Notes under the pieces: model-generated
Seen by the model: only the letters and a program-made list of their open reading frames with translations
What the model was told of the DNA's origin: nothing
The model's database searches: none
In this document: one piece after another, positions 43,740-56,404 of the stretch
Position numbering within the stretch: the stretch's first letter is position 1
Layout: every line of letters starts with the position of its first letter
Made by a program: the position numbers and the translations under genes
Source of the DNA: Hemiscyllium ocellatum
Lineage: Eukaryota
Reading direction: 5' to 3'
Length of the DNA: 64,000 nucleotides
Assembly: GCF_020745735.1 (NCBI RefSeq)
Contig: NC_083409.1
Location: 16,230,789-16,294,788 of the forward strand

Positions 43740-46700
43740 TGAGTAATATTAATGACTGAATGCTATTTGATTTCTGGATGGCAGGCCTGACGTATAAGGA
43801 GAGGTTGAGTTGGTGAGGATTGTGTTCACTGGAGGTTAGAAGGATGAAGGAAGGGAATCTTGGAGAAAGCTATAAAATTGGAACAGGACGAGACAAGTCA
43901 AATGGAGTAAGGATGTTCCCAATGGTGGGGAAGTCCAGAACCAGGCTCATAGTTTAAGGTTAAGAGATAAACTCTATAGGACAGAGATGAGGAAAATGTC
44001 TTCACCCAGAGAGTGGTGAGTCTGTGGAATTCTCTGTCACAGAAAGTGGTTGAGGCCAAAACATTATGTTTTCAAGAAGGAGGTAGAGATAGCTCTTGTG
44101 GCTAAGGAACCAAGGCATACGGGGTAGGGAGGGATTACAGTAATGTGCTCCATGATCAGCCACAATCATATTGAGTGGCAGAGCAGGCTGGAGGGGCCGA
44201 TGGCCTACTCCTGCTCCTATCCTCTATGTTTCTACATTGCGTAAAATAGATTGCCAGGTGGAGGGCACTCTGTCAGATGGGTAAGTATCCATTCACAGAT
44301 TCCCCCCACACCACTCCCCTTCCATTTTAATTGGGTCCACTCCCTCTCTTCCTATGTCTTTGTTATCTGACCAGTGACTACACCTCCCCTTCACCACTCC
44401 GGCAGGGAGCTGTGCTTATAACCCATCCTTTGTTTTAATTTGCTAACTGGGTGATGTGGCGGTGGGGCTTTCAAAAACAGGAAGCGCTGAATTCTTATCA
44501 CCCCTTGTGCTGATTTTGTTGTGTGCCTCCCTCAATATGGGCGACACAGCACTGCTGCCTCACAGAGCCAGGGAGCCAGTTTCGAGAGTCATACAGCCCA
44601 GAAATAGGCCCTTCGGCCCACCAAGTCTATGCCAACCACCACACACTAAACTATACTAACCCAATTTACTCGCAGTTGACTGGAGCCTACTGTCTCCTGG
44701 AATTAAAAGTGCTCATCCAAATGTATTTTAAAGGTTGTGAGATTTTCAGCCTGCACCACCCTCTCAGGCAGCATGTTCCACATAGCTACCACACACTGGG
44801 TCAAAACATACTTTCACCTTAATCTTATGACCCCTGGTCTTAAACAGGTCTGGGTGAGGAGCGGAGGCTGCAGAACAGTGTGAGAGGTCAGGAGTGGAGA
44901 GATGGAGAACAGTGTGAGGGTGAGGAATGGAGGCTGGAGCAGGAAGATGCTTGTGTTCTGGAAAGCAGCATAAATAGGGAAGAGATCCAAGATCTGGTGG
45001 GAATAGTCTCCATGCTTCCTAACAGTAGCTTTATGGTGGGAAAGAGAATAAATCAGGAGATAATGAGGGCCTGTAACAAAGGCTGCTCATTAATTACAAA
45101 TGACTTTAATCCTCGTCGATTATTATAGTCAGATTTTTCTTTTTCATTCATTGACGGGATGAGGGTGTCACTGACTAGGACAGCATTTATTGCCCACCCC
45201 TAATTGCCCCAGAGGGCAGTTAACAGTCATCCACATTGCTGTGGGATTGGATTCCCATGTAGGCCAGACCAGGGAAGGATGGCAGTTCCTTCCCTAAAGG
45301 ACGTTAGTAAACCAGATGGGTTTTCCTGACAAACAACAGGGATTCATGGTCATTGTTAGATTCTTAATTGCAGACTTTTTAATTGAATTTAAATTCCCCC
45401 GTCTGCCACGGTGGGATTTGAGCCTGTGTCCCCAGAACCATATCTGGGTCTCTGTGCATTAATCACAGAAGGTTAGTGTGTAGGTACAGCAAGTCATCAG
45501 GAAAGCTCATAGAGCATTATGGTGTGTTGTGAGGAGAAACTGAATGCAAGGCTTCATTGAAACAAGCAAGATCCTGAGGGGCCTTGACCGGGTGGATGTG
45601 GAAAGGATGTTTCCTCTTGTGGGAGAATCCAGAACTAGGGATCACAGTTTAAAATTAAGGGAGAGTCCAATCAAAACAGAGATTCAGAAACACATTTTTC
45701 CTCTCAGACTTGTCAGTCTTTGGAATTCCCTTCCTTAAAAGGCAGTGGATGCAGAATTGAGAACCCATCCAGTGTGGAAACAGGCCCTTCAGCCCAACAA
45801 GTCCACACAAACCCTCCGAAGAGTAACTAATCCAGACCCATTTCCCGACCCTATATTTACCCTAGGAAGAGGTAGATAGATTCTTCATGACTGAAGGGAT
45901 GGTACATTATCGGAGAATGTAGAGTTGATGTTAAAACCAGATCAACTGCGATCTCATTGAATAGGGGAGCAGGTTCAAAGGGCCGAGTGGCCTACTTTTG
46001 TTCCTTGCCCATATGTTGCCTCACACACCTTTGCACAAGCAAAGACTGCCACTCGTATTTTCTACCTGCAGATTAAGCTGCTTGTGCAATAGGCCTCATC
46101 TGCACAGTGTTTCCTCCAGCCTTTCACTGTGAGGTGAAAGATAATGGTCCCATAATCAATCCATGAACTCTGTGAGTTGGTTTATTTAAAACAATAAAAT
46201 AAATTACAAGTCATGAAACAGACATTACAGCAAGCAATAATAGGCAGCGCGATGGCTCAGTGGTTAGCACTGCTGCCTCACTGTGCCAGGGAACTGCCTC
46301 AGGTGGGTTTGTGTGGAGTCTGCACATTCTCCCTGTGTCTGCGTGGACTTTCCCTGGGTGCTCTGGTTTCCTCCCACAGTCTAAAGATCTGCAGTCTCGA
46401 TAAATTGGCCATGCTAAATTGCCCAGAGTGTACAGCAATGTGCAGGCTTGGTGGAGTAGCCATTGGAACATACAGAGATAGGATAGGGGTCGAGATAGAA
46501 TGACCTTCGGAGGGGAGGTATGGAGTCAATGGGCTGAATGGCCGACTTCCACACTATAGGGATTCTGTGTTACAAATGCAAGTTGCTTCTTTCCATTCCC
46601 GCCCTGTAGCATGTGGTTCTGTCTCATATCCACTCAAGAGATGGCAGCCCTTTGAAGACAGGAGCAGCCTCTATTCTTTTGGAAAGTACTTCTTCCACTC

Positions 46701-49130
46701 TGTGTCCTTCACAGCCTTGTAGACAGCAACAATGAGATCGGGAATTAACCCAAAGCTATAATCTTCTGGGCTCTTCATTAAACTGTGGAACCTGAAAAGT
46801 ACAATTAATGTCCAAGTCAATGAAGATATTTCTCAGCAATCCCTAAATGCTGAGGTTTAGTACTCAGCAGGCCCCAGGAGGCAAAATAACTGAGTAGATC
46901 ATTGCTCTGAATTGCTCATAAATTTCCCCTTCACATTTCTGGAGGCTTTGATCAGAAAGATTGCTTACCCCTCTCCAATATACAGCTTACAATCAGCTCC
47001 AACTCCCAACCATCCAGCTGAGAGCAGAGCCCTGTACAAACTAGAACCTGGTCAGTGGGAGCACTGTCACCTCTGTCTCATAAGCTTTGGGGAGTCTATT
47101 TTGATCATAGAGTCCTTCAGCACTGGAGGCTGTTCAGAGAATGTTCCCCAGACTGATCCCAGGGATGAAAGGGCTGTCCCATGAGGTGCAGTTAAAGAGC
47201 TTGGGCTTGTACTCACTGGAGTTCAAAAGAATGAGGAGGGATCTGGAAGAGGGATAGAAAATGTGAAAGAGGATTGATAAGGTGGATGTTGAATAGATGC
47301 TCCCCCTTGTGGGACAGTCTGGAACAAGAGGTCATCGATATCGAGTGAGAGGCTGTAGGTTCAGAACTGAGATGAGGAGAAACTACTTCTCCCAGAGGGT
47401 CGTGAATCTGTGAAACTCAATGCCCCAGAGTGCAGTGGAGGCAGAATCAATCAACAGGCTCAAGAACGATGTGTTTCTGATGAAAAGTGAGATAAAGAGC
47501 AATGGGGAGCAGGCAGGAGAGTGGAGTTGAGACCAGGATAAGATCAGCCACAGTCATGTTAAATGGCGGAGCGGGATCGAAGGGCTGAATTGCCTCCTCC
47601 CGCTCCTAATTCCTATGTTGAGCACACAGTCAAGGCTGACACTGCAAACTGAGGGAGCTGTTGTCTTTCAGTGAGATAAAAAACAGAGGTCCTGCCACAA
47701 TAGATCGAACTGTACTATCTCCTCCAGTGACAAATGCTGGAATTTGAATTCAAATCACAAAGCAAGCCTCATTAATGGTGACCACGATAATGATCCCTGA
47801 ATGCTGTCCAGCCTCAGCCTTACCCAGTCTGGACCTCATGTGACTCCAGCCCCACAGCAATCTGGTTAACTCTAAGGTGCCTTCTGAGAGGCCACAGCAA
47901 GGCCAGCAGTTCAAGGGCAATTAGTCTTGGGTAACAAATGCTGATCGATGCCAGTGACACCCACCTCCCAGAAAACAGAATGCAGCAGAGATTGGTGTCA
48001 GCCACAATTGTCAGATCAGACTCCCAATGAGATGGGGAGATGGTTAACAATGTATTCAGCTCAGTATGGAACAGGTCCCCACTTGTTAGCACATCGTCGC
48101 TGATAAAATAAGTGAGAGAAAACAGAAAACTGAAGGCGAGAACACTCGAATGTGGGAATATCATCGAGAATTCAGGCAACTGAAGGAAGATATGAAGAAC
48201 TGCAAAGGAAGACAAAAAGGAAGCAAGAGTTACAGAAAAGTGATTGAGAAAGAGACCTGCAAGGGGTCACAAGAATAACACAAATGTTTTACACAAAAAT
48301 TAGAAAATCATGGGGCTCCGGTGCAATGTGAGCCCTTTAAAAACAATCTGGGAATTCCATGAATGAGATTAAGGGAATGGCCGATGTGTACAATAATTAG
48401 TTATGTCAGTCTTCACAGTCAAGGAACGGGATAATGCAGCTTCCTTGCCAGGGAGGTCCTGCCACAATTGAAGACTGGAATTTGCAAAACTTGATACATG
48501 CCAGAAAACAGCATTGGAAAGCGAGCAACTCTAAAGGCTGACAGATCTTCAGGACCTCAGGGGTTTAAAGGGAGGGGGAGGGGGGAGAAGTTTCAGAGGC
48601 TTTTCCCGTTAGGTTCCAAAGCAGCAACCATTCCTTTAATTTGGAAAATGTCTTGCTGTAACTCCACGGGTTCAAGAAAGATGAGAGCGGGAACCAAGGA
48701 AATTTTATCCTGGTCAATCTAACATCTCTTTTGAGGGTTTCATTGGAATCTATAATTAACAGCCGAGAGAATGAACATGTAGAGAATTGGAAATAGCCCA
48801 CATAGATTTGTGATGGGTAAGTTCTGACTAATGAACCAAATGCATAAACTAAATAGTCGATAGGCCAGCAAGTTCAGAAGTACTTGATAATTTCCCGCAA
48901 AACAGTCTGCTGATCAAAATTAAAACCCATGGGATTGAAGATGAATGTTTGACTTGGTTTGGAGGCTGTTTTAGTGACAGACAACAGGGAAAGAAAGTGA
49001 CATGTGGTGTTCCACAAGGATTCTGTGGTGAGGCCTTAACTACTTACTGTATGTAATAATGAGAATCAGTTCCACATTGACACAAAGACTGATGGAATAG
49101 TAAGCAGTGCAGATGGTCTTTTTGTTTAAA
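43740..49130. mobile_element. Mosaic of CR1 3' fragments (43740-44235 +, 44580-44850 -, 45470-46010 +, 47130-47620 +, 48130-49130 +) and SINE pieces
   Basis: CR1 RT-end motifs and tails. Confidence 0.7.
46243..46568 (+). mobile_element. HE1-type V-SINE
   Basis: TGGCTCAGTGGTTAGCACTGCTGCCTCAC head. Confidence 0.85.
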
Positions 49131-49199
49131 ACTCACTCTGAGGACATCGGTGTTGCTATCTGGGCCAGCGTTTATTACACATTCTGTGTTGTCTTGTGA

Positions 49200-49523
49200 A
49201 TCATGGAATCATCATACAGTGTAGAAGTTGGTCATTCAGCCCATCAAATCCACACCAACCCACCAAACAGCATCCCATCTGGACTGACTCCATTACTGTA
49301 CTGCAGCATTTCCTATGGCCAACCCACCCAGCCAACACATCCTTCGACACTATGTGCAATTTGGCATAGCTAATCCACCTAACCAACATATCTATGGACT
49401 GTGTGGAAGAAACCCACACAGGCATGGGGAAAATGTGCAACCTCCACACAGACAGTCATCCCAGGGTGAAATTGAACCCAAGTCCCTGGTGCTGTGAGGT
49501 AGCAGCACTGACCACTGAGCCAC
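49200..49523 (-). mobile_element. HE1-type V-SINE
   Basis: Reverse-complement match to the family. Confidence 0.8.
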
Positions 49524-50272
49524 AATCCTACCCTTTGCAAGGTGGTGGTGAGCCGCCTTCTTGAACCACTGCAGTCCATGTGCTGTAGATACACCCACAA
49601 TGCTCTTCGTGAAGGAATTTCAGGATTTTAATCCAGCGACACTGGAGGAACGGTAATACATTTTCAAATCAAGATTCTATGTGGATTGGAGGGGAACTTG
49701 TTTTTGGTCGTGTTTTGTGTCCTTCTACATGGAAATGATGTGGGTTTGGAAAGTGCTGTCTCAAGAGACTTGGTGTGAATTCCTGCAGTGCATCTTGTAG
49801 ATGGTGCACACCGCTGTTACTGAGCATCAGTGGTGGAGGGAGTTTATGTTTATTGATGTGGTGCCAATCAAGCAGGCTGCTTTGTACTGGAAGATATCAA
49901 GCTTCTTGATCATTTTTGGAGCAGCACCCATCCAGGCAAGTGGGGAGTAACCCATCACAGTCCTATCCAGAACTTGACTGATCTTTTCTTAATTCATTTA
50001 CTGGATTGGGCGTCACTTGCTATGTCAGCATTTATTGCCCAGAATCAAGTGGGGTGGCACAGCTTTCATAGTACAGGAACTATGAAAGCAACCACCCCAA
50101 CACACACAAACGAAGTTGCATCAGGACATTATTCAAAAGGGCCACAACACACTGCAGCACACCAGAACTACAAAAAGAGGAAGAAGAACACCCATACAAG
50201 GTATTCACCAAAATCAGATACCTGCGCAATTTCATCAACAGATGCCTAAGGGAAAGACAATGAAATGAGGAC

Positions 50273-50845
50273 ATGCCACAGCCCAAAGGACTGGCCACAC
50301 TCCCATACATCAGGAGCATTTCTGAACTGACAATCAGACTGCTGCGACCACTAGGACTCAAAAGAGCACACAAACGAACAGCCACTCTCAGACAACAACT
50401 CACCAGGACAAAGGACCCGATACCCAGCATGAGCAAAACCAACGTAGTGTACAAAATCCCATGCAAGGACTGCACAAAACACTACATAGGACAAACAAGA
50501 AGACAGCTAACAACCCGCATTCATGAACACCAACTAGCCACAGAACGACACGACCAGCTATCCCTAGTAGCCATACACTCAGATGACAAACAACATGAAT
50601 TTGATTGGGACAACACCACTATTATAGGGCAGGCCAAACAGAGAACAGCCAGGGAATTCCTAGAGGCATGGCACTCATCCACAAATTCTATCAACAGACA
50701 CATCGACCTAAACCCTATATACCGGCCACTGCAGCGAACAGCAACTGACAACCGGAAGCGGCAGATTCAAACCAGTATAAATGCCGGAGGAATCAGCACA
50801 GAAGCGCTTCACAGGAGGCTCCCAAGCACTGAAGATGTTGCCTAG
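50273..50845 (+). CDS. PLE linker plus GIY-YIG endonuclease domain (5'-truncated element ORF)
   Basis: LPYI..; NVVYKIPCKDCTKHYIGQT; RIHEH; SLVAIH; HEFDWD; REFLEAWH. Confidence 0.8.
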   Translation: MPQPKGLATLPYIRSISELTIRLLRPLGLKRAHKRTATLRQQLTRTKDPIPSMSKTNVVYKIPCKDCTKHYIGQTRRQLTTRIHEHQLATERHDQLSLVAIHSDDKQHEFDWDNTTIIGQAKQRTAREFLEAWHSSTNSINRHIDLNPIYRPLQRTATDNRKRQIQTSINAGGISTEALHRRLPSTEDVA

Positions 50846-50865
50846 AAAGGGGACGAAACGTTTGC
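50826..50865 (+). ncRNA. Minimal hammerhead ribozyme motif
   Basis: GCA-CTGAAGA-T-GTTGCCT-AGAA-AGGGGAC-GAAA-CG-TT-TGC; 3-bp helix I GCA/TGC. Confidence 0.75.
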
Positions 50866-50996
50866 AACAAAAACTCCCAGCTCGGCGAACAGAACCACAA
50901 CAACGAGCACCCGAGCTACAAATCTTCTCACAAACTTTGAACTAGATTCTTAATCACAAGAGCCAAGTAATGTTCTGAGGGATCTGGGATCACCGT

Positions 50997-51308
50997 GGGG
51001 CAGCACGGTGGTACAGTGGTTAGCACTGCTGCCTCACAGCACCAGAATCCCAGGTTCGACTTTAGCCTCAGGTGACTGCCTTTTATGGAGTTTGCACATT
51101 CTCCCTGTGTCTGCATGGGTTTCCTCCGGGTGTTCCGGTTTCCTCCCACAGTCCAAAGATGTGCAGGTTAGGTGAATTGGTCACGCTAAATTGCCCATAG
51201 TCAGGGGTAAATATGGGGAATGAGTGTGGGTGGGTTACTCTTCAGAGGGTCGGTGTGGACTTGTTCAATGGAAGGGCCTGTTTACATACTGCAGGGAATC
51301 TAATCTAA
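50997..51308 (+). mobile_element. HE1-type V-SINE
   Basis: Full head to AATCT-repeat tail. Confidence 0.88.
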
Positions 51309-51474
51309 ATCCTGGCAATGTATGGAGTGGAATTTTAAATCCAAAAAGACTCTGGAGTTAAGAGTCTAATGACGACCATTGTTGGGGGAGAACCCCATCG
51401 GGCCCACTAATATCCATCAGATTGCTGTCCTTGCCCATCCTGACTGACATATGACTCCAGACCCACAGCAACAC

Positions 51475-51753
51475 AGAATCATAGAATCCCTACGGTATGG
51501 AAGAAGGCCATTCAGCCCATCAAGTACAAGCAGCATTTCACCCAGAACCAGCCCTCTCTCCTAACCCTACACTTCGATGGCCAATCCAGCTAACCTGCAC
51601 ATCTCTGGACTGAGAGAAGAAACTGAGGCACCCGGAGGAAACCCATTCAGACTCAGGGAGAACATACAAATTCAACACAGACAGTTGCCTGAAGGTGGAA
51701 TCAAACCCAGGACCCTGGCGCTGTGAGGCAGTGATGCCAGCCACTGTGCCACC
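51475..51753 (-). mobile_element. HE1-type V-SINE
   Basis: Reverse-complement match to the family. Confidence 0.82.
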
Positions 51754-53899
51754 CATTCCTCATCTCTGATCAAAATGTCTAACCCCTTATTCCCAGACTG
51801 GGACTCTGCTTTAGAATCCCCAGGTAAGGGTTCACCCTTTCAAAATCTACCCTGTCAGGGCCCTGGAGAATTTTAAATGTTTCAGTGACATCTCATCCCA
51901 GCCTTCTGAATTCTAGGGAATCCTGACCCAGTCCCCTCTCTCAACCATTAGACAATTCCTCAGCCCGTCACATGAACTGGGCTAGGTTTGATCATCTCAG
52001 TTAGAGTTTCAAGGAGGGAAGGAGAAAGAAAGACTCTTTCTGCTTTGAATCGATGCTAAAAACTGAAAAAGCAGGAAAATATTGTCACTAAGTATTGTTC
52101 ACATACTCTTACTTTACATCGAAGTGCTGGGTGAGGTTTCTTATGAATTTCAGGCCGTCACTGGTGGTGTCCTTATATTCTTTATTCTTGCCTTGTCTCT
52201 TGTTCATGTCATTTAGGAGAACGGAGTCAACCGAGAAGGAAATGAACAGCAGAGTTTGTTTTCTCTGTTGATTAAATTCTCCTTGTTTGCTCCCCTGAGC
52301 ACCTGAATAAGGGGCGAAGCTTGTGTCTTATAATAAACCAATTGGATTATAACCTGGTGTCGTATGATTTTTGACCATGTCCTCTGATCACATTCAGATT
52401 ATTCCCACAAGCACTGCATGTTCTTGCTTCTCCAGGTCAGCAGGTGGCGATCTTGACAATGGATTTGACAATGGTCTCCATCAGAGAGGACCCACCAATC
52501 AGGGACAGAGACCAGAGATTACAGGCCATGCTCTTGCTCCCCAGTCCCAGACCCGAGCACAACGGGCCCCCTGGAGTCCCGGGTACCGGTTGTTGCAAAT
52601 AGTGCAACTGTTCCTTCTGATTTTTCCCAACTTCACCAGGTCTCCACAATCATTGAGATTCGTTAAATGCAACCTTTGCCAATTAAGGACCCTGACTGAT
52701 GGGAAACAGACTGAAATGGGTCAATAATACAGTTTTGGGGAGTTACAGATGCAGATTGCCAAGTGGAAATCAGATGCTGTGGCTCTAACAGAGATCGGGC
52801 GGGACTAGGGATTCCTGGATACAAGGTGTTCAGTAAAGATAGGAAAGAAGGAAAACTGCAGGAAGTGGTGGGATTGTTCTGGAGCCAGACAGGACTGACC
52901 AACATTAGGCCCTGAGATATGATGTAGATGAAGGGTGGACTGTGCCGGGCTTTAACTCACTGATACCGGAGTAAAACAGGAATTATCTATTTCACAAGAG
53001 AGTGAATGGAACTAACAAACCAGGTGCATGTGAAACATCCACCCCATCCCTGAGAGAGGGGGACAAGAACAGGGACATTCTCAGACAGAAAGGTTGCTAA
53101 AAATGGTATCACCCCGAGAGTGAAGGGTGGGGTGGGATAGTGACAGTGACACTCCCCCAGAGAGTGGGGAAAGTAACACTGACACATTTAAAACTCTATT
53201 ATCACAAACAAGAATTCAAACAGCCACCCACTCCGTCATACGGTGTTGAAGATGCACTGTCCTCATCAAAACATGTTTGCAAACCTCTTCACAACACGTA
53301 AGGGCAGAGAAACATTGAAAACTGTATTATCACGAGTGAGGGTCCATTTAAAACTTGGACCATGATGTTAAATGTTCTCAGCCGTAAACAACACTGGTGT
53401 GTTGATGTCATTATCTTATTAAACAATATTAAAACCTCAGCCAAACATTTTCCTGCAGACAGTGTATTTAAAATATCAAGAGGCTTTCCCCATTGTTGGT
53501 TTGATCAGTGACGTAGCAAGGAAGCAGCAGCTGCCCCATGAACTCCAATAAAAGAATGAGAACAGGCTCTTCATACGGAGCTGGCTCCCGAGAATCCAAT
53601 TCAACAGCAGGGACCAAAGAACAAGGAACAATAGATGTGTGAGGCAATAGATAAAAGAAATGCTCGAGGCAAATATTTCACACAAAGGGAGTTGAGTGCC
53701 TGGAACACACTGTCAGAGGAAGGGGTGGAAGCAGACACAATAGAAGTATTCAAGAAATACCTGCTCTAATGCATGAATAGGTAGGGAATAGAGGAATATG
53801 AATCCTGTAGGTGAAGACAGTTTCAGTATGGAAGGGCAAAATGTATCAGCACAGGGTTGGAGGGCCGAAGGGCCTGTTCCTGTGCTGTATTAAATTCCC

Positions 53900-55625
53900 C
53901 CGCCCCTTGAACCTCTGTTCCCCAATAATTGACCCCTCCACCCTGGGGGAAAAAAAGCCTCATATTCTCCACTCTACATATCCCATTCACAACTTTATAA
54001 ACTTCGATCAGGACATGGAACATAGAACAATACAGCACAGAACAGGCCCTTCGGCCCACCATGTTGTGCCGAACATTTGTCCTAGCTTAAGCACCTATCC
54101 ATGTACCCATCCAATTGTCGCTTAATGGTCACCAATGATTCTGACTCTGCCACTCCCACAGGCTGCGCATTCCATGCCCTCACCACTCTCTGGGTAAATA
54201 ACCGACCCCTGACATCCCCCTATACTTTCCACCCTTCACCTTAAATTTATTTCCTCTTGTAACACTCTGTTGTACCCAGGGAAAAAGTCTCTGACTGTCT
54301 ACTCTATCTATTCCCCAATCATCTTATAAACCTCTATCAAGTCATCCCCCATCCTTCACCGTTCCAATGAGAAAAGGCCTAGCATTCTCAACCTTTCCTC
54401 GTACGACCTTTTCTCCATTCCAGGCAACATCCGGGTAAATCTCCTTTGCACCCTCTCCAAAGCTTCCACATCTTTCCTCAAGTGAGGTGACCAGAACTGC
54501 ACACAGTACTCCAAATGTGCCTTACCAAGGTCCTGTACAGCTGCAACATCACCTCACGACTCTTGAATTCAATCCCTCTGCTAATGAATGCGAATACAAC
54601 ATAAGCCTTCTTACAAGCTCCATCCACCTGAGTGGCAACCTTCAAAGAGCTATGAACATAGACCCCAAGATCCCTCTGCTCCTCACCTTACTAAGAACCC
54701 TATTGTTAACCCTGTATTCAGCATTCTTATTTGTCCTTCCCAAATGGACAACCTCACCCTTGACAGGGTTGAATTCCATCTGCCACTCCTCAGCCCACCT
54801 CTGCATCATATCTAAGTCCCTTTGCAGCTGACAACAGCCCTCCTCACTATCCACAACTCCACCATTCTTCGTATCATCTGCAAATTTACTGACCCACCCT
54901 TCAACTCCCTCTTCCAAATCATGAATAAAAATTACAAACAGCAGAGGACACGCCTCATTTTTCCGCATTCCAGTGAAAGCAAACCCAGTCTATCCAACCT
55001 TTCTTCAGGACTACTATCCGCCATACCAGACAATATCCTGATAAACATTTTCTGCATCGTCTTCAAAACATCCACATCCTTCTGGTAGTGTGGTGACCAG
55101 AACTGTATGCAATATTCCAAGTGTGGCCAAACTAATGTTCAATAAAGCTGCAGCATAACTTGTCTATCCTTATACTCAATGCCCCTTCCAATGAAGGCAA
55201 GCAGGTCATCAGCCTTTTTTACTGCCTTACCTCCCTGTGCTGCCACCTTCAGTGATCTGTGAACATATACACCCAGATCCCTCTGCATATCAATACCCAA
55301 AGGATTCTGCCATTCACTGTATAATTCCCACCTGTACATCACCTTTCAAAATGCATCATCTCACATTTGTCTGGATTAAACTACATTTGCCATTTTTCTG
55401 TTCATGCATCCAACTGATCTAATATCCTGCTGTATCCTCTGACAATCCTTCTCATTATCTGCAACTCTACCAATATTTGTATCAACCATAAACTTACTAA
55501 TTAGACCAGCTACGCTTTGCTCCAAATCATTTATGGAGATCATGAACAGGAGAGTTCCCACCGCTGATCCCCGTGGAATATCACTAGTCACAGCCCACCA
55601 TTCTGAAAACCGTTCTTCCATTGCT
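53900..55625 (-). mobile_element. Nested CR1 RT/3'-end fragments
   Basis: Minus ORF 54642-54968 (KFADDTKNGG; WAEEWQMEFN) and others. Confidence 0.85.
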
Positions 55626-56019
55626 ACCCTTTGACTCCTGTGACTAATCTAGTTCTGTGTCCAATGCTGGGAACATTTTTGACAAGACACCTTGTTGCCA
55701 GCTCGTTACTACAACTTGATCCAGTTCATTCAGAAAGAGGAAAAGGACAATGTGCAGATTGTTGAACAGACCCCTACACCTGGGCCTGAGGCAGGAGCCC
55801 AAGCTCCAACACACTGGCCTCACTTCACACCAACCTTCACACAGTGCGGGGGCATGAACTCCGGCCATCAATCCCTCAGGGACTGGGACGGAGTGAGGGA
55901 ACAGGGGCAATTGTAGAAGAGTCAATAAGGAGTAAAGCAAGATAGAGAGGGTGTGTTGGAAAGTGTTTAATGGAGGAAACATACTTTGTGATACCCAATA
56001 CTGACATAGTCTACGTGTA

Positions 56020-56149
56020 GGGGGAGAAAGTGAAGACTGCAGATGCTGGAGATCAGAGCTGAAAATGTGTTGCTGGAAAGTGCAGCAGGTCAGGCAGCAT
56101 CCAAGGAGCAGGAGAATCGATGTTTCGGGCATGAGCCATTATTCAGGAA
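56020..56149 (-). mobile_element. PLE pLTR mini-insertion with decayed hammerhead
   Basis: Perfect 10-bp TSD TCTACGTGTA at 56010-56019 and 56150-56159. Confidence 0.85.
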
Positions 56150-56369
56150 TCTACGTGTATCACAGAATGAAAAAAAAGCACAATCTGAAGACAATCTAAA
56201 GTCACATCAATGTATTTCTTTTTGATATATCATAGCATGCAGGGCATTTTCATTGTGGCATCCTGATTCGAGAGCTGTACTCTCTAAGATTGAGCCAGTT
56301 GGATCCTCGCAGAGCCCCAGTTATTTGTAATGTTCAGTAATGTGGGGGTACCGATGGTGGACTGGGGAA

Positions 56370-56404
56370 CACCTGACGAAGGAGCAGTGCTTCGAAAACT
56401 TGTG
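56370..56404 (+). ncRNA. Minimal hammerhead ribozyme motif (one helix III mismatch) in a pLTR
   Basis: CAC-CTGACGA-A-GGAGC-AGT-GCTTC-GAAA-AC-TT-GTG. Confidence 0.6.

Larger units (their letters stand above)
50075..50945 (+). mobile_element. Penelope-like element 3' part with pLTR (second PLE family)
   Basis: RT thumb remnant then open GIY-YIG ORF; hammerhead overlapping the stop codon. Confidence 0.9.

Noticed and set aside
46103-46131. CACAGTG and CACTGTG 15 bp apart
   Set aside because: Wrong polarity for a D segment or signal joint and no nonamers; about 8 heptamers are expected by chance in 64 kb
52371-52727. 118-aa ORF, and similar short ORFs at 55644-56132 and 57752-58062
   Set aside because: No recognisable domain, no supporting splice structure, partly made of repeat fragments
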